The translations under genes and the position numbers were made by a program. Under the pieces are notes generated by a model that was not told the DNA's origin, made no database searches, and saw only the letters and a list, made by a program, of their open reading frames with translations. From the IMG/VR virus record IMGVR_UViG_3300034062_005626: DNA of 64,000 nucleotides; one strand, given 5' to 3'. This DNA is from a virus. Taxonomy: Duplodnaviria > Caudoviricetes. Positions 25,567 to 34,084 of the stretch are shown here, piece by piece (within the stretch, counting starts at the first letter, position 1; the number at the start of each line of letters is the position of its first letter).

Positions 25567-27159
25567 TTAAGATAAACCTATTTTTTGTAAAGGCATATAC
25601 TTTGGTGACCCGTTTACACTTATACCGTTACATGTTGATGGGGTTATAGTTACATTTGTTATTGTTACTGTATCTAAAATATAACCTTCAAGTTGACAAC
25701 CGTTAAATTCTATACTTGGAGTATTAATAAACTGAGTAATAGTACCGTTTATAATTCCTCCTGATGAAATACTTGCAGTGTATGTATTTGTAAATGAACT
25801 ATAATTTATATTAGATAAATTACAAGAAGGTCTAGTTTGTGAACTAGTAGTAACCACAGAGTTTGTTGGAGTACTTAAAGTTGCATTACCTGATGTTGTT
25901 GCAGTTATAGAATTTGTAATAACAGGTACGTTTGTTACGAAAGTTTTTCCTGTAAATCCAACGGCAGTATTAATTGTAAAGTTTACTGTTTTTCCTGCCG
26001 GTAATGTTGGTGTAACGTTTATTTGATAATACCAAGTTTTGGTAGTTGTAGTACCAACATTAGTTTGATTTGCCAACGGAGTTAAACTTAAATTAAGTGT
26101 ATAGTTTGTATAAGAATTTTGTGGTGTAAGTGTTACTGACTGAGTTGTTACTGTGTTATTAGTATCTTTTATATAAATTGTATAATTACCAGCAGCCAAA
26201 CCTAAAAATGTATTTGACATTTGATAATTAACTCCATTGATAGAATACGTGTAAGATGGAACTCCTCCATAACCCGTGACATTAATCACACCGTTAGATG
26301 TGTTAGAACAAGTTGGTTGTGTTGTTGAAACTGATAAAGTTAATGGCGGTGTTGTACAAACTCCTGTTGATACAAATACAGTACCTTGATATGTTCCAAG
26401 TAAAGACCAATTACCTGTAGGTGGCGTTGTTGGTTGTAATAAAGCGGGAACGCCAGGATTAGTCCATCCGCTAACTTCCCATCTTGTATTTCCTGTACTA
26501 TAGAATACCGTATAAGTTGAACTTGTCCAAGACGGGTAACCATTGATTGTTGAACCGCTGGTTAAAGTAGTTAAATACGTTGTATTAAAAGAAGGTGTAT
26601 ATTCAAAACATAAGTTTTGTGGGTATACAGGTGCTGGTGTCGGTGGAGGTAAACAATCTGAACAAGTGTCAAATGGCCCTGTAGATATTACTGCAAAATT
26701 ATTAATATAACTTTGTCCTGTATATAATGTTTGACCACTATGAGTCCAACAACCAACTTGACTTGTTAAACTGTACACTTTACCATCAACGAATTTTGAA
26801 GGTAAATCTGCAACATAATAAACAAAAGTTCCTGAATTTTCACAGTCTTCAAACTGTTCTAAATAGAAACTATCATAATCAACTGAACAAGTTGTTTGAC
26901 CTGTAAAATCACCATAATAATCTATAACTGTTGCAGTATAATTACCAGGTAGTAAATTAGTAAGTAAAGAACCTTGAGCCCCGTTACTCCAATTTATAGT
27001 ATAAGGTGGAGTTCCTCCTGTTACGTATAAGGTTATTAGACCATTAGTTGAATCAGGTGTTGACGCATTAATACTATCACAATCTAAACCTAATGGTAGA
27101 AGTGTTATTATATTACAACTATTTCCACTTAATAAACCCATCTTACCAAGTTGCCCCAC
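25567..27159 (-). CDS. Tail-associated protein with SprB-type repeats (start may be 27141)
   Basis: NGLITLYVTGGTPPYTINWSNG and QPTCSNTSNGVINVTGYGGVPSYTYSING modules; Cys-rich. Confidence 0.65.
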   Translation of the reverse strand: MGQLGKMGLLSGNSCNIITLLPLGLDCDSINASTPDSTNGLITLYVTGGTPPYTINWSNGAQGSLLTNLLPGNYTATVIDYYGDFTGQTTCSVDYDSFYLEQFEDCENSGTFVYYVADLPSKFVDGKVYSLTSQVGCWTHSGQTLYTGQSYINNFAVISTGPFDTCSDCLPPPTPAPVYPQNLCFEYTPSFNTTYLTTLTSGSTINGYPSWTSSTYTVFYSTGNTRWEVSGWTNPGVPALLQPTTPPTGNWSLLGTYQGTVFVSTGVCTTPPLTLSVSTTQPTCSNTSNGVINVTGYGGVPSYTYSINGVNYQMSNTFLGLAAGNYTIYIKDTNNTVTTQSVTLTPQNSYTNYTLNLSLTPLANQTNVGTTTTKTWYYQINVTPTLPAGKTVNFTINTAVGFTGKTFVTNVPVITNSITATTSGNATLSTPTNSVVTTSSQTRPSCNLSNINYSSFTNTYTASISSGGIINGTITQFINTPSIEFNGCQLEGYILDTVTITNVTITPSTCNGISVNGSPKYMPLQKIGLS

Positions 27160-28723
27160 TTAATCTTTTCCAACCTGACGTATCTCTATAATACAAATAG
27201 GATGAATCATACGTTATTTGTCCGACTTCACCTGTTGGGTCCGTTGTTCCTGTTGGTGTGATAGAATTACCTTTAACAACAAAATTTGGAACGTACACAG
27301 TTTCAGCCTGAGTTCCTGAAATTGAAATACCTCCTAAAATTACTGAATGGTCAGCCATTAATGTTGAATTTTCACTACCAACTATTGCTGAATTAAAATA
27401 TTTAACAACGTTTCCTAAACCGCCTAATATAGATGAATTATAACATGGGTCAGATGGTGTTGCCGCTGATATAACGTTAAGTTCTCCACCTAATATTGTA
27501 CAGTTTGCGGAAGTACCCGATTGGATAGTATTCGTACTTCCCCCTAAAATAGCGCTAATTTCACCATTTATAGTGTGTTGTTCACCAAATCCAAAACTCG
27601 CATATCCGTTTGAAGTATTGTCGGCGCCACCAAGAAAACTTATATCTCCGTATATTTCATTACCATCACCTATAGAAAACCCGATACTCGCTTCTATTTT
27701 ATTACTATCTCCGAATGACGATGAACTAGTTCCATAAACTTTATTGTTAGACCCAAATGCTGAAGACGCATTTCCAAAAACTTTATTACTTTTATTAGTG
27801 GAAAATGTGCTACGACCAAAAGAATAATTTCCTTGTCCACCAGCGAACGAATAGGTCCCAATTGCTCCAGACTCGAAACCTTTTACAGATGCACTTTTAC
27901 CTCCTGCGGTTTGATTACCACCCCAAGATGATGGGTCATTTGTATCGCCCACATATAAATTACCTGTAGTAGAAAGTCCAGTGTCATAAAGGTATATAAT
28001 AGTCCTACCACCACTAAATGTTGTTCCTGAGACTTTTTGAAAATCGTCAGATAAAGTTGCCGCGAAGACAGAATTATCAATCCAAATAAATTCATTATTT
28101 GTATAATTCGCTGTGACGTTTCCATAAACACTACTTAAATAAAGTACTCCTGAAGTAAGTCCTGTTGCCAAATACGCAGTATTTGTTCCTGCTCTTGTAC
28201 TAGTTCCTTCAGAGTGTGAATTGGAACCAAATGCCTTTGTGTTAGACCCTTCAGCGTGTGATGTAGTTCCCGAAGCAATTGTATCCACACCTTCAGCATG
28301 ACTGTAATTACTTAATGCTTGTACATTATCTCCAAACGCAAAACTCAATGTATTTTGAGCGTCAGACCCTGTTGATTGGACCCTGTTATGTACTGTTATT
28401 TCGTTTGTACAGGCGTGGATATTATTTGTATAAAAACTTGTAATACAATTACCTGAACCACCTGTAAATGGTGTTGTTAGTCCTGATACGGTAAAGGTTC
28501 CTCCTGTTGTGTTAGTAAAAGTTATAGTCCCTCCTGAAGATACTGCAGTTCCTCCTGTTAAATAAACATCAGGTGAACCTCCGAATAAAGGTACTAATTG
28601 TGATAATCTTGCCTTATATGATGAGCCAGTTGGGCTTTGTGATGTGTCACCAGTTATTACAATATGTATGAGGTCATTAAGTGTTGCTCCTGTAGCTAAT
28701 GTCCTTGATGTTAAAGTTGCCAT
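27143..28723 (-). CDS. Tail fibre/adhesin with YadA-head-like SHAEG repeats
   Basis: SHAEG/SHSEG 14-residue repeats, S..FG.SN repeats, ILGG..N repeats, C-terminal GQITYDSSYLYYRDTSGWKR. Confidence 0.7.
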   Translation of the reverse strand: MATLTSRTLATGATLNDLIHIVITGDTSQSPTGSSYKARLSQLVPLFGGSPDVYLTGGTAVSSGGTITFTNTTGGTFTVSGLTTPFTGGSGNCITSFYTNNIHACTNEITVHNRVQSTGSDAQNTLSFAFGDNVQALSNYSHAEGVDTIASGTTSHAEGSNTKAFGSNSHSEGTSTRAGTNTAYLATGLTSGVLYLSSVYGNVTANYTNNEFIWIDNSVFAATLSDDFQKVSGTTFSGGRTIIYLYDTGLSTTGNLYVGDTNDPSSWGGNQTAGGKSASVKGFESGAIGTYSFAGGQGNYSFGRSTFSTNKSNKVFGNASSAFGSNNKVYGTSSSSFGDSNKIEASIGFSIGDGNEIYGDISFLGGADNTSNGYASFGFGEQHTINGEISAILGGSTNTIQSGTSANCTILGGELNVISAATPSDPCYNSSILGGLGNVVKYFNSAIVGSENSTLMADHSVILGGISISGTQAETVYVPNFVVKGNSITPTGTTDPTGEVGQITYDSSYLYYRDTSGWKRLSGATW

Positions 28724-28747
28724 TTTTTATTTTATATATATCAAAGT

Positions 28748-29038
28748 TTATTGAAAGTTATATGGTATTCCATCTTGAAATTCAAAACATATTAGGTCTT
28801 GAAACTGTTTATAGTTACATAAACTATCAGAACAGAACTCACAACCATTGCTGTCTATTATTTTAACAACATAACTATCCATCGATTCAAAGGAAACAGG
28901 TAATGTAAATGAATATGGAACTGAAGAAATTGTTGCAATATATTGACAAGTTCCGTATATCCCACATTCGTCACAAACCCAAATATCGTATGGACTTGTT
29001 CCTGAAGTTATTGTATTTAGTGTTACTATTGTTGCCAT
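28748..29038 (-). CDS. Single-module SprB/Ig-like protein with C-terminal FQD repeats
   Basis: SGTSPYDIWVCD...VKIIDSNGC; paralogue of 33584 and 33875. Confidence 0.65.
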   Translation of the reverse strand: MATIVTLNTITSGTSPYDIWVCDECGIYGTCQYIATISSVPYSFTLPVSFESMDSYVVKIIDSNGCEFCSDSLCNYKQFQDLICFEFQDGIPYNFQ

Positions 29039-29042
29039 TTTT

Positions 29043-30650
29043 TTAACATACTCCGTTTACTGTGCAAAACTCGGTGATTACACCACTGTTGTCGACACTA
29101 TAAATTTTATTTCCGTATCTAATATAATCAATCGTTAATGGATATAATAACGATGAATTACTATATACTGTTACTCCTGTTTGTATTTGATTAACTGATG
29201 GATGAGTGTAGAATATTGTTTGTAATCCAAAATTAGTTAATTGACATCCAGGGCAATTAACCGAATATGCTCCATTACCAATCCATTCGTTAAATGTTCC
29301 AACAAGTGGTTCAACTTGTAGACACTCTGCACAATCAACATAAGTTGTGGCAGTAGTCGCTGTAAATCTATTTTCATTTACCACAATATAACCTGAAGGT
29401 GGAACATAATTTATGAAGTATCCTACATAACTATAACAATTTCCAGAATAATCTCTAATTACTTCTCCCGGGTCTAAATTAGTTGGTGGGGTTGCTGTTT
29501 GTGTAATCATCGATGTTGTCGTACAAGATGTAAACACAAAGTAAGTACCAGGTGCGTAAGTAGGTGTTGGGGTTGGTGTTGGTGTAGGTGTCGGAGTCGG
29601 TGTAGGTGTCGGAGTCGGTGTAGGTGTAGGTGTTGGGCAAATCGTACAAGCGGTATATGCTGAAACCACTAACTTAACTGTTGCATTAGGACTTGCTGTT
29701 GTATCTTGTATATATGTTGCACATTTTAATTGGTCATTAATAACCCCTAAGAATGTTTGTCCTGTTGATATTGGTGTGCCTGATAATTCCAAAGGACCTG
29801 AAACGTAATAAGAAACGTTTTCGTTACAATCTCTTAATTCCTTAACTCTAAAACATATAAAGTTTCCATCGTCTATTGTAAATGTTACAGTTTCACCAGT
29901 CAAATTGATTGTTGGTGTAGGAGTGGGTGTTGGGGTTGGTGTTGGTGTTGGTGTTGGTGTTGATGCACTAACACTAATGTTTACTGTAAAAGCACTACAT
30001 ATATTTGGAGTTGGTGTTGGTGTAGGAGTCGGGGTTGGTGTTGGTGTAGGAGTCGGGGTTGGTGTTGGTGTCGGCGCATCACAATCAACATCATATGAAA
30101 AATCAAAAGTATCACATACAGGAGTTGGTGTTGGTGTTGGGGGAACACAATCACCAGGATAAAATAAGTCGGTAAAAAGATTTGGACAAACAGAAGTCGT
30201 TGGGTTTTGTCCGTAGAAGAAACAATTTGTACCAGGTGCTGTACCTAAACACCATTTTGTAGCACTTTTATAGATATACCCTGGTTGTGTTCCTCCTGTG
30301 AAAAAGGGGAATCCGTTATATCCTCCCGCAACAACATATGTTCCGGTGTATGCAGAATATTCATCTTTATTTATTACAACACAATATTTATTAGAACAAC
30401 ATTCTCCTGTTGCACAACTTGAGGCGGTACATCCTGTTTGTAGTCCATATGTTCCATTAGGTACATAACTTGTTGCGGTAAACCCTGACGTAAACGCAGA
30501 AACAATTGAATAACATCCACTTACAACAGATGCATCATAAGTAATATAATAAACAGAAGTTACAGCCGAAGTCCCAGCGGTCCAATTAGTTTGGTTTGTA
30601 AAATATTGTAAACCGGGGTAACAACAACTCTGTAAAAGTATATTTGCCAT
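29043..30650 (-). CDS. Cys-rich fibre-like protein with four Pro-Thr repeat tracts
   Basis: (PT)n linkers between Cys-containing modules. Confidence 0.7.
   Translation of the reverse strand: MANILLQSCCYPGLQYFTNQTNWTAGTSAVTSVYYITYDASVVSGCYSIVSAFTSGFTATSYVPNGTYGLQTGCTASSCATGECCSNKYCVVINKDEYSAYTGTYVVAGGYNGFPFFTGGTQPGYIYKSATKWCLGTAPGTNCFFYGQNPTTSVCPNLFTDLFYPGDCVPPTPTPTPVCDTFDFSYDVDCDAPTPTPTPTPTPTPTPTPTPTPTPNICSAFTVNISVSASTPTPTPTPTPTPTPTPTINLTGETVTFTIDDGNFICFRVKELRDCNENVSYYVSGPLELSGTPISTGQTFLGVINDQLKCATYIQDTTASPNATVKLVVSAYTACTICPTPTPTPTPTPTPTPTPTPTPTPTPTYAPGTYFVFTSCTTTSMITQTATPPTNLDPGEVIRDYSGNCYSYVGYFINYVPPSGYIVVNENRFTATTATTYVDCAECLQVEPLVGTFNEWIGNGAYSVNCPGCQLTNFGLQTIFYTHPSVNQIQTGVTVYSNSSLLYPLTIDYIRYGNKIYSVDNSGVITEFCTVNGVC
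29560..30144 (-). repeat. Coding (Pro-Thr)n tracts at about 29560-29637, 29911-29961, 30006-30077 and 30121-30144
   Basis: ggtgtt/ggtgta/ggagtc hexamer runs. Confidence 0.9.
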
Positions 30651-30665
30651 TAAATTTTCTTTTTA

Positions 30666-30673
30666 TATAAATA
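30666..30673 (-). promoter_or_regulatory. Putative late-promoter motif TATTTATA
   Basis: Upstream of the PT-repeat gene. Confidence 0.5.
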
Positions 30674-30694
30674 ACCCAAAGTTTTTTTTTGCAT

Positions 30695-31492
30695 TTAAAA
30701 CTCCAAATTTATTTCTTCAGGTTTATAACAGTAAAAATGTTTGTATGCATGAATAAATGCAACATCTTTTTGTTCTTCCATAGGTACTGACCATCCTGTT
30801 TTATCCCACCAATTTCCTATATTTTTGTCTTCGTATTGTGACCAATCATCCCATGGTCCCCAAGTAAATCCAAAAAATTGAAATAAAAATGAAAGAGTTG
30901 CATCACACCACTCCACAGGCCTTGAGTCTAATTTATATATTTCGTCCCAAGGTACTTCACCTAATCTATTATATATTTCTATAAACTTTTCTCTATTGAA
31001 AATTGCACCACCACAAGCCCCATAATTTTCTAAAGACCCTAATTCACTCCAAACGTGTCTTGAGTTGTCTTTAATATTAAATTTATTTTTTAGATATTCA
31101 TACAATTCTTTTGTGTAATATGGTCCATAAGCTCCTGATATATCAAACTTTGGTGGTATTGTTATTTCACATTTACACCAAACATCATCTTCATAATGAA
31201 TAATCCATTCAACGTCTTTAAGTGTTGTTAGACAAGCCTCATATATTCTTGTCAACCACCGATATAATCCATCTTTATCAACAAAAACTTTACCTGAATG
31301 TAGGTTATTAACTCCTTGTTGTTTAATCCAAGTGTAGTCACAATTAAATTTTTTTGCCACAGGCTCTAATAACTCCGAACCATCTTCAAATAAAGAAATT
31401 GGTGCGTTTGGATAAAATTTTCTAAACTGTTCAATTGCTTTATAACAAGCAACTAATTTATGACCTGATTGGTAAAAAACCCCTATATTCAT
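30695..31492 (-). CDS. Putative GT-A fold glycosyltransferase
   Basis: FRKFYPNAPISLFEDG, WIIHYEDDVW (DxD-like), GACGGAIF. Confidence 0.6.
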   Translation of the reverse strand: MNIGVFYQSGHKLVACYKAIEQFRKFYPNAPISLFEDGSELLEPVAKKFNCDYTWIKQQGVNNLHSGKVFVDKDGLYRWLTRIYEACLTTLKDVEWIIHYEDDVWCKCEITIPPKFDISGAYGPYYTKELYEYLKNKFNIKDNSRHVWSELGSLENYGACGGAIFNREKFIEIYNRLGEVPWDEIYKLDSRPVEWCDATLSFLFQFFGFTWGPWDDWSQYEDKNIGNWWDKTGWSVPMEEQKDVAFIHAYKHFYCYKPEEINLEF

Positions 31493-32730
31493 ATTTCACC
31501 TGTAATTTGTTTAACCCAACCACTTTGTCTATGGTGTATCCAAATTGACCAACTTTTTGTTGTTCTATCCACCAAGAATGTTCTTTTTATATTTACGTAA
31601 TCACTTTTTACTTCATACAATTCTTTGATTTCATTACTATTGGCATCTTGTCTATAAATTTCATTTCCTAAATCGTCCAAAAATGAAATTGCCCAAAAAT
31701 CATAATCATCTTCAGGGGCTTCTAATCTTGGAACAATTATATTGTATGTAAACATAAAACTTTCTTTTTTATGCCAATCAGTTTCATCATTAATGGGTGG
31801 ATTTTCACCTTTCAATGTCTTTGGATGTAATTTTCTATCTAAAAAATTAATACCCGCATACAATTCATAATCACGATGAGTTCTTACATTACCTAATCCA
31901 TATTCCCCCAAGTCAATACCATGGTCTTCTTCTTGTAACATGTGTCTAAGTCTTATTTTGGACTTAGTATCCATTTCCCACCATGGTTCTTCAACTACCC
32001 CACTTTGTTTGTTTTCCTCATTAAAATCCGTCCAATGTTTTGTTCTACCTTCTCTTGTGTATTCATGCCAAACAACTGTTTTATGTGGGTGAAATAAATC
32101 ATAACCTAATGTATATGACCTAATAGATAAACTGATTTCATCACCAGCAAAGTAAATGTTGGGGTCATACTTATATTCTTCACAATGTTTTCCAATCGTA
32201 AAGAAAAAGTGACCACTAACAAATCTTGCAGGTATTGGTTTATCTAACTCTTTCCAATTTGGAATTTCGTGAGGTCTAAACATAATTGTTCCTCCCGGTG
32301 TGAAGTTAGATGCAACCATTTTGTATGGCTCAACATTTAATAATTTATTAGTTTTGGGTTCATACATGCCTGCATATGCAGTAATGATTGGTTTTTTTGA
32401 ACCTGTCATTTTCATCATTTCAATCAACTCAATATCCCAATCCTGTAAGAATCTATGGTGTGAATCTAATTGTAATGTGTATTCTTCTCCGTTCCATAAT
32501 TTTTGAATTTCTGAACGAGCCCAACACAGTCCTTTACTTTTTGACCAATGATAATCTAATATTTTGAATCTTTCGTCATTTGCAAATTCTCCCATAGATT
32601 CATTTTCATCTCGTTGCCAACAAATACCAAAGGTTAAATTCTCAGGGTTTTTTGCCTTTGAAATGCAGTCTCTGATTGTCGGTAAAAGTTCGGGGTCTCT
32701 ATAAGACGCAATTTGGACAAATATTTTCAT
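31489..32730 (-). CDS. Polypeptide GlcNAc-transferase-like protein (Gnt1/GT60 family)
   Basis: IFVQIASYRDPEL..TI, SKGLCWAR, EEYTLQLDSHHRF, FVSGHFFF, YFAGDEISLSIRSYTLGYDLFHP, VWHEY. Confidence 0.85.
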   Translation of the reverse strand: MKIFVQIASYRDPELLPTIRDCISKAKNPENLTFGICWQRDENESMGEFANDERFKILDYHWSKSKGLCWARSEIQKLWNGEEYTLQLDSHHRFLQDWDIELIEMMKMTGSKKPIITAYAGMYEPKTNKLLNVEPYKMVASNFTPGGTIMFRPHEIPNWKELDKPIPARFVSGHFFFTIGKHCEEYKYDPNIYFAGDEISLSIRSYTLGYDLFHPHKTVVWHEYTREGRTKHWTDFNEENKQSGVVEEPWWEMDTKSKIRLRHMLQEEDHGIDLGEYGLGNVRTHRDYELYAGINFLDRKLHPKTLKGENPPINDETDWHKKESFMFTYNIIVPRLEAPEDDYDFWAISFLDDLGNEIYRQDANSNEIKELYEVKSDYVNIKRTFLVDRTTKSWSIWIHHRQSGWVKQITGEI

Positions 32731-32744
32731 ATTATCATTTTAAA

Positions 32745-32752
32745 CAAAAATA
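32745..32752 (-). promoter_or_regulatory. TATTTTTG (TAnnTTTG) element upstream of the glycosyltransferases
   Basis: Matches the -7 box only; no matching upstream TTTG seen. Confidence 0.3.
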
Positions 32753-32777
32753 ATACCTCAAGACTAAAAATAAATAA

Positions 32778-33560
32778 TTAAACTTGTGTGATTGTAACAA
32801 TCAAAGATGGAATGGCCGGTCTAGTGGGTGATGTAAAAGGTCCTGCATCATATTGTAAACCTAATCTTGTGTCATCTACTCTAAATTTTAATTCTAAAAA
32901 TTCATTGGCTGAAAGGTCTATTACAAAATTCCAAGCAGCTACAGTTCTACCATTATTAGAATTTACGACAACTTGTGTATTTGAGTTAGTAACATTACTA
33001 CCATTTTTAGCTAACCATATATCCATAGTTTGTGCTGAACCACCACCTGTTGATTCTAATTGAGCGGAAAATTGTAAATTATAAACACCGGCACTTGCAA
33101 CAACAAATTTTGTATTTGCCGATAATGTTACACCATTAGAACCAGTATTGGTGTCCGCACTCATAGAAAACGCACTAGAGGTACTTGAAACATATTGGTC
33201 CGTTGTGGACAAAAAAGACCCCCATGCTCTACCACTACCATCGACGCCACTGGTTCCGTTAGTTCCGCTAGTACCATTTGTACCACTGGTTCCGTTAGTT
33301 CCGCTTGTGCCGTTAGTTCCGCTAGTTCCACTTGTACCGTTAGTTCCCGAGGACCCGCTAGTTCCATTTGTACCACTGGTTCCTGAAGACCCATTAGTTC
33401 CATTTGTGCCTGAAGTTCCGGCAATTGATGCAGTTATAGCACTAAATGGTACTGCTTCTGTTCTACCTGATATTATTGGATTGTAATTTACAATTACCAA
33501 TAATGAATTAGAGTAACCTGTCGATGCTGCAGGTAAGGATGATATTGGTAAATCCGGCAT
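32778..33560 (-). CDS. Collagen-like fibre protein with beta-rich (BclA/C1q-like) C-terminal domain
   Basis: MPDLPISSLP N-terminus; about 20 G-(T/S)-(S/N) triplets; AGVYNLQFSAQL C-terminal domain. Confidence 0.7.
   Translation of the reverse strand: MPDLPISSLPAASTGYSNSLLVIVNYNPIISGRTEAVPFSAITASIAGTSGTNGTNGSSGTSGTNGTSGSSGTNGTSGTSGTNGTSGTNGTSGTNGTSGTNGTSGVDGSGRAWGSFLSTTDQYVSSTSSAFSMSADTNTGSNGVTLSANTKFVVASAGVYNLQFSAQLESTGGGSAQTMDIWLAKNGSNVTNSNTQVVVNSNNGRTVAAWNFVIDLSANEFLELKFRVDDTRLGLQYDAGPFTSPTRPAIPSLIVTITQV
33243..33423 (-). repeat. Coding Gly-X-Y repeat (GTS/GTN/GSS)
   Basis: 9-bp periodicity. Confidence 0.9.
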
Positions 33561-33583
33561 AGTCTTTTATAGATAAATATTAT

Positions 33584-33871
33584 TTAAGTTATTTTGATTC
33601 TAAAACCATCTTCCTGTAATATATAAAAACCAGTTTCTTGTAATAAATAACTTCCACAATCCACTTCTATTTCCATGATACAACCATTAGCATCTATAAT
33701 TTTTATATATATAACATCTTCATTTGGAAAAAAAGATTCTGAATTAATAACTACATTTGGTGGTATTGAAGTAACTCCTGACACATAAAAACAATAGGTA
33801 TTTGATGGGTCACAAATGAAAACATCATAAGGACTTAATCCGCTAGTTACTCCTGTTATTTGTATATTCAT
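33584..33871 (-). CDS. Single-module SprB/Ig-like protein with C-terminal LLQETG/ILQEDG repeats
   Basis: SGLSPYDVFICD...IKIIDANGC. Confidence 0.65.
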   Translation of the reverse strand: MNIQITGVTSGLSPYDVFICDPSNTYCFYVSGVTSIPPNVVINSESFFPNEDVIYIKIIDANGCIMEIEVDCGSYLLQETGFYILQEDGFRIKIT

Positions 33872-33874
33872 ATA

Positions 33875-34084
33875 TTAACAATTTATTTCATAAAAAGTTT
33901 CACAACCATTACCATCAATCGCTTTTATTATTAAGGTATTTGCTGCAGAATAAAATGCAGATAAAACATAAACGGTAAGTGTTGTACCAAGTAATGAACA
34001 ATTATTTCCGTTTTCATCACAAACGTAATAACTAACGGGTGGTGTTCCTCCTGTCAATCCTGTTATGTCAACTGAGTACGGCAT
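33875..34084 (-). CDS. Single-module SprB/Ig-like protein
   Basis: ITGLTGGTPPVSYYVCD...IKAIDGNGC. Confidence 0.65.
   Translation of the reverse strand: MPYSVDITGLTGGTPPVSYYVCDENGNNCSLLGTTLTVYVLSAFYSAANTLIIKAIDGNGCETFYEINC

Noticed and set aside
29905-33486. Plus-strand ORFs such as VGVGVG (29905-30162) and PLVPLV (33148-33486), and similar shadows elsewhere (e.g. 60110-60490)
   Set aside because: Antisense shadows of low-complexity coding repeats or of long minus-strand genes
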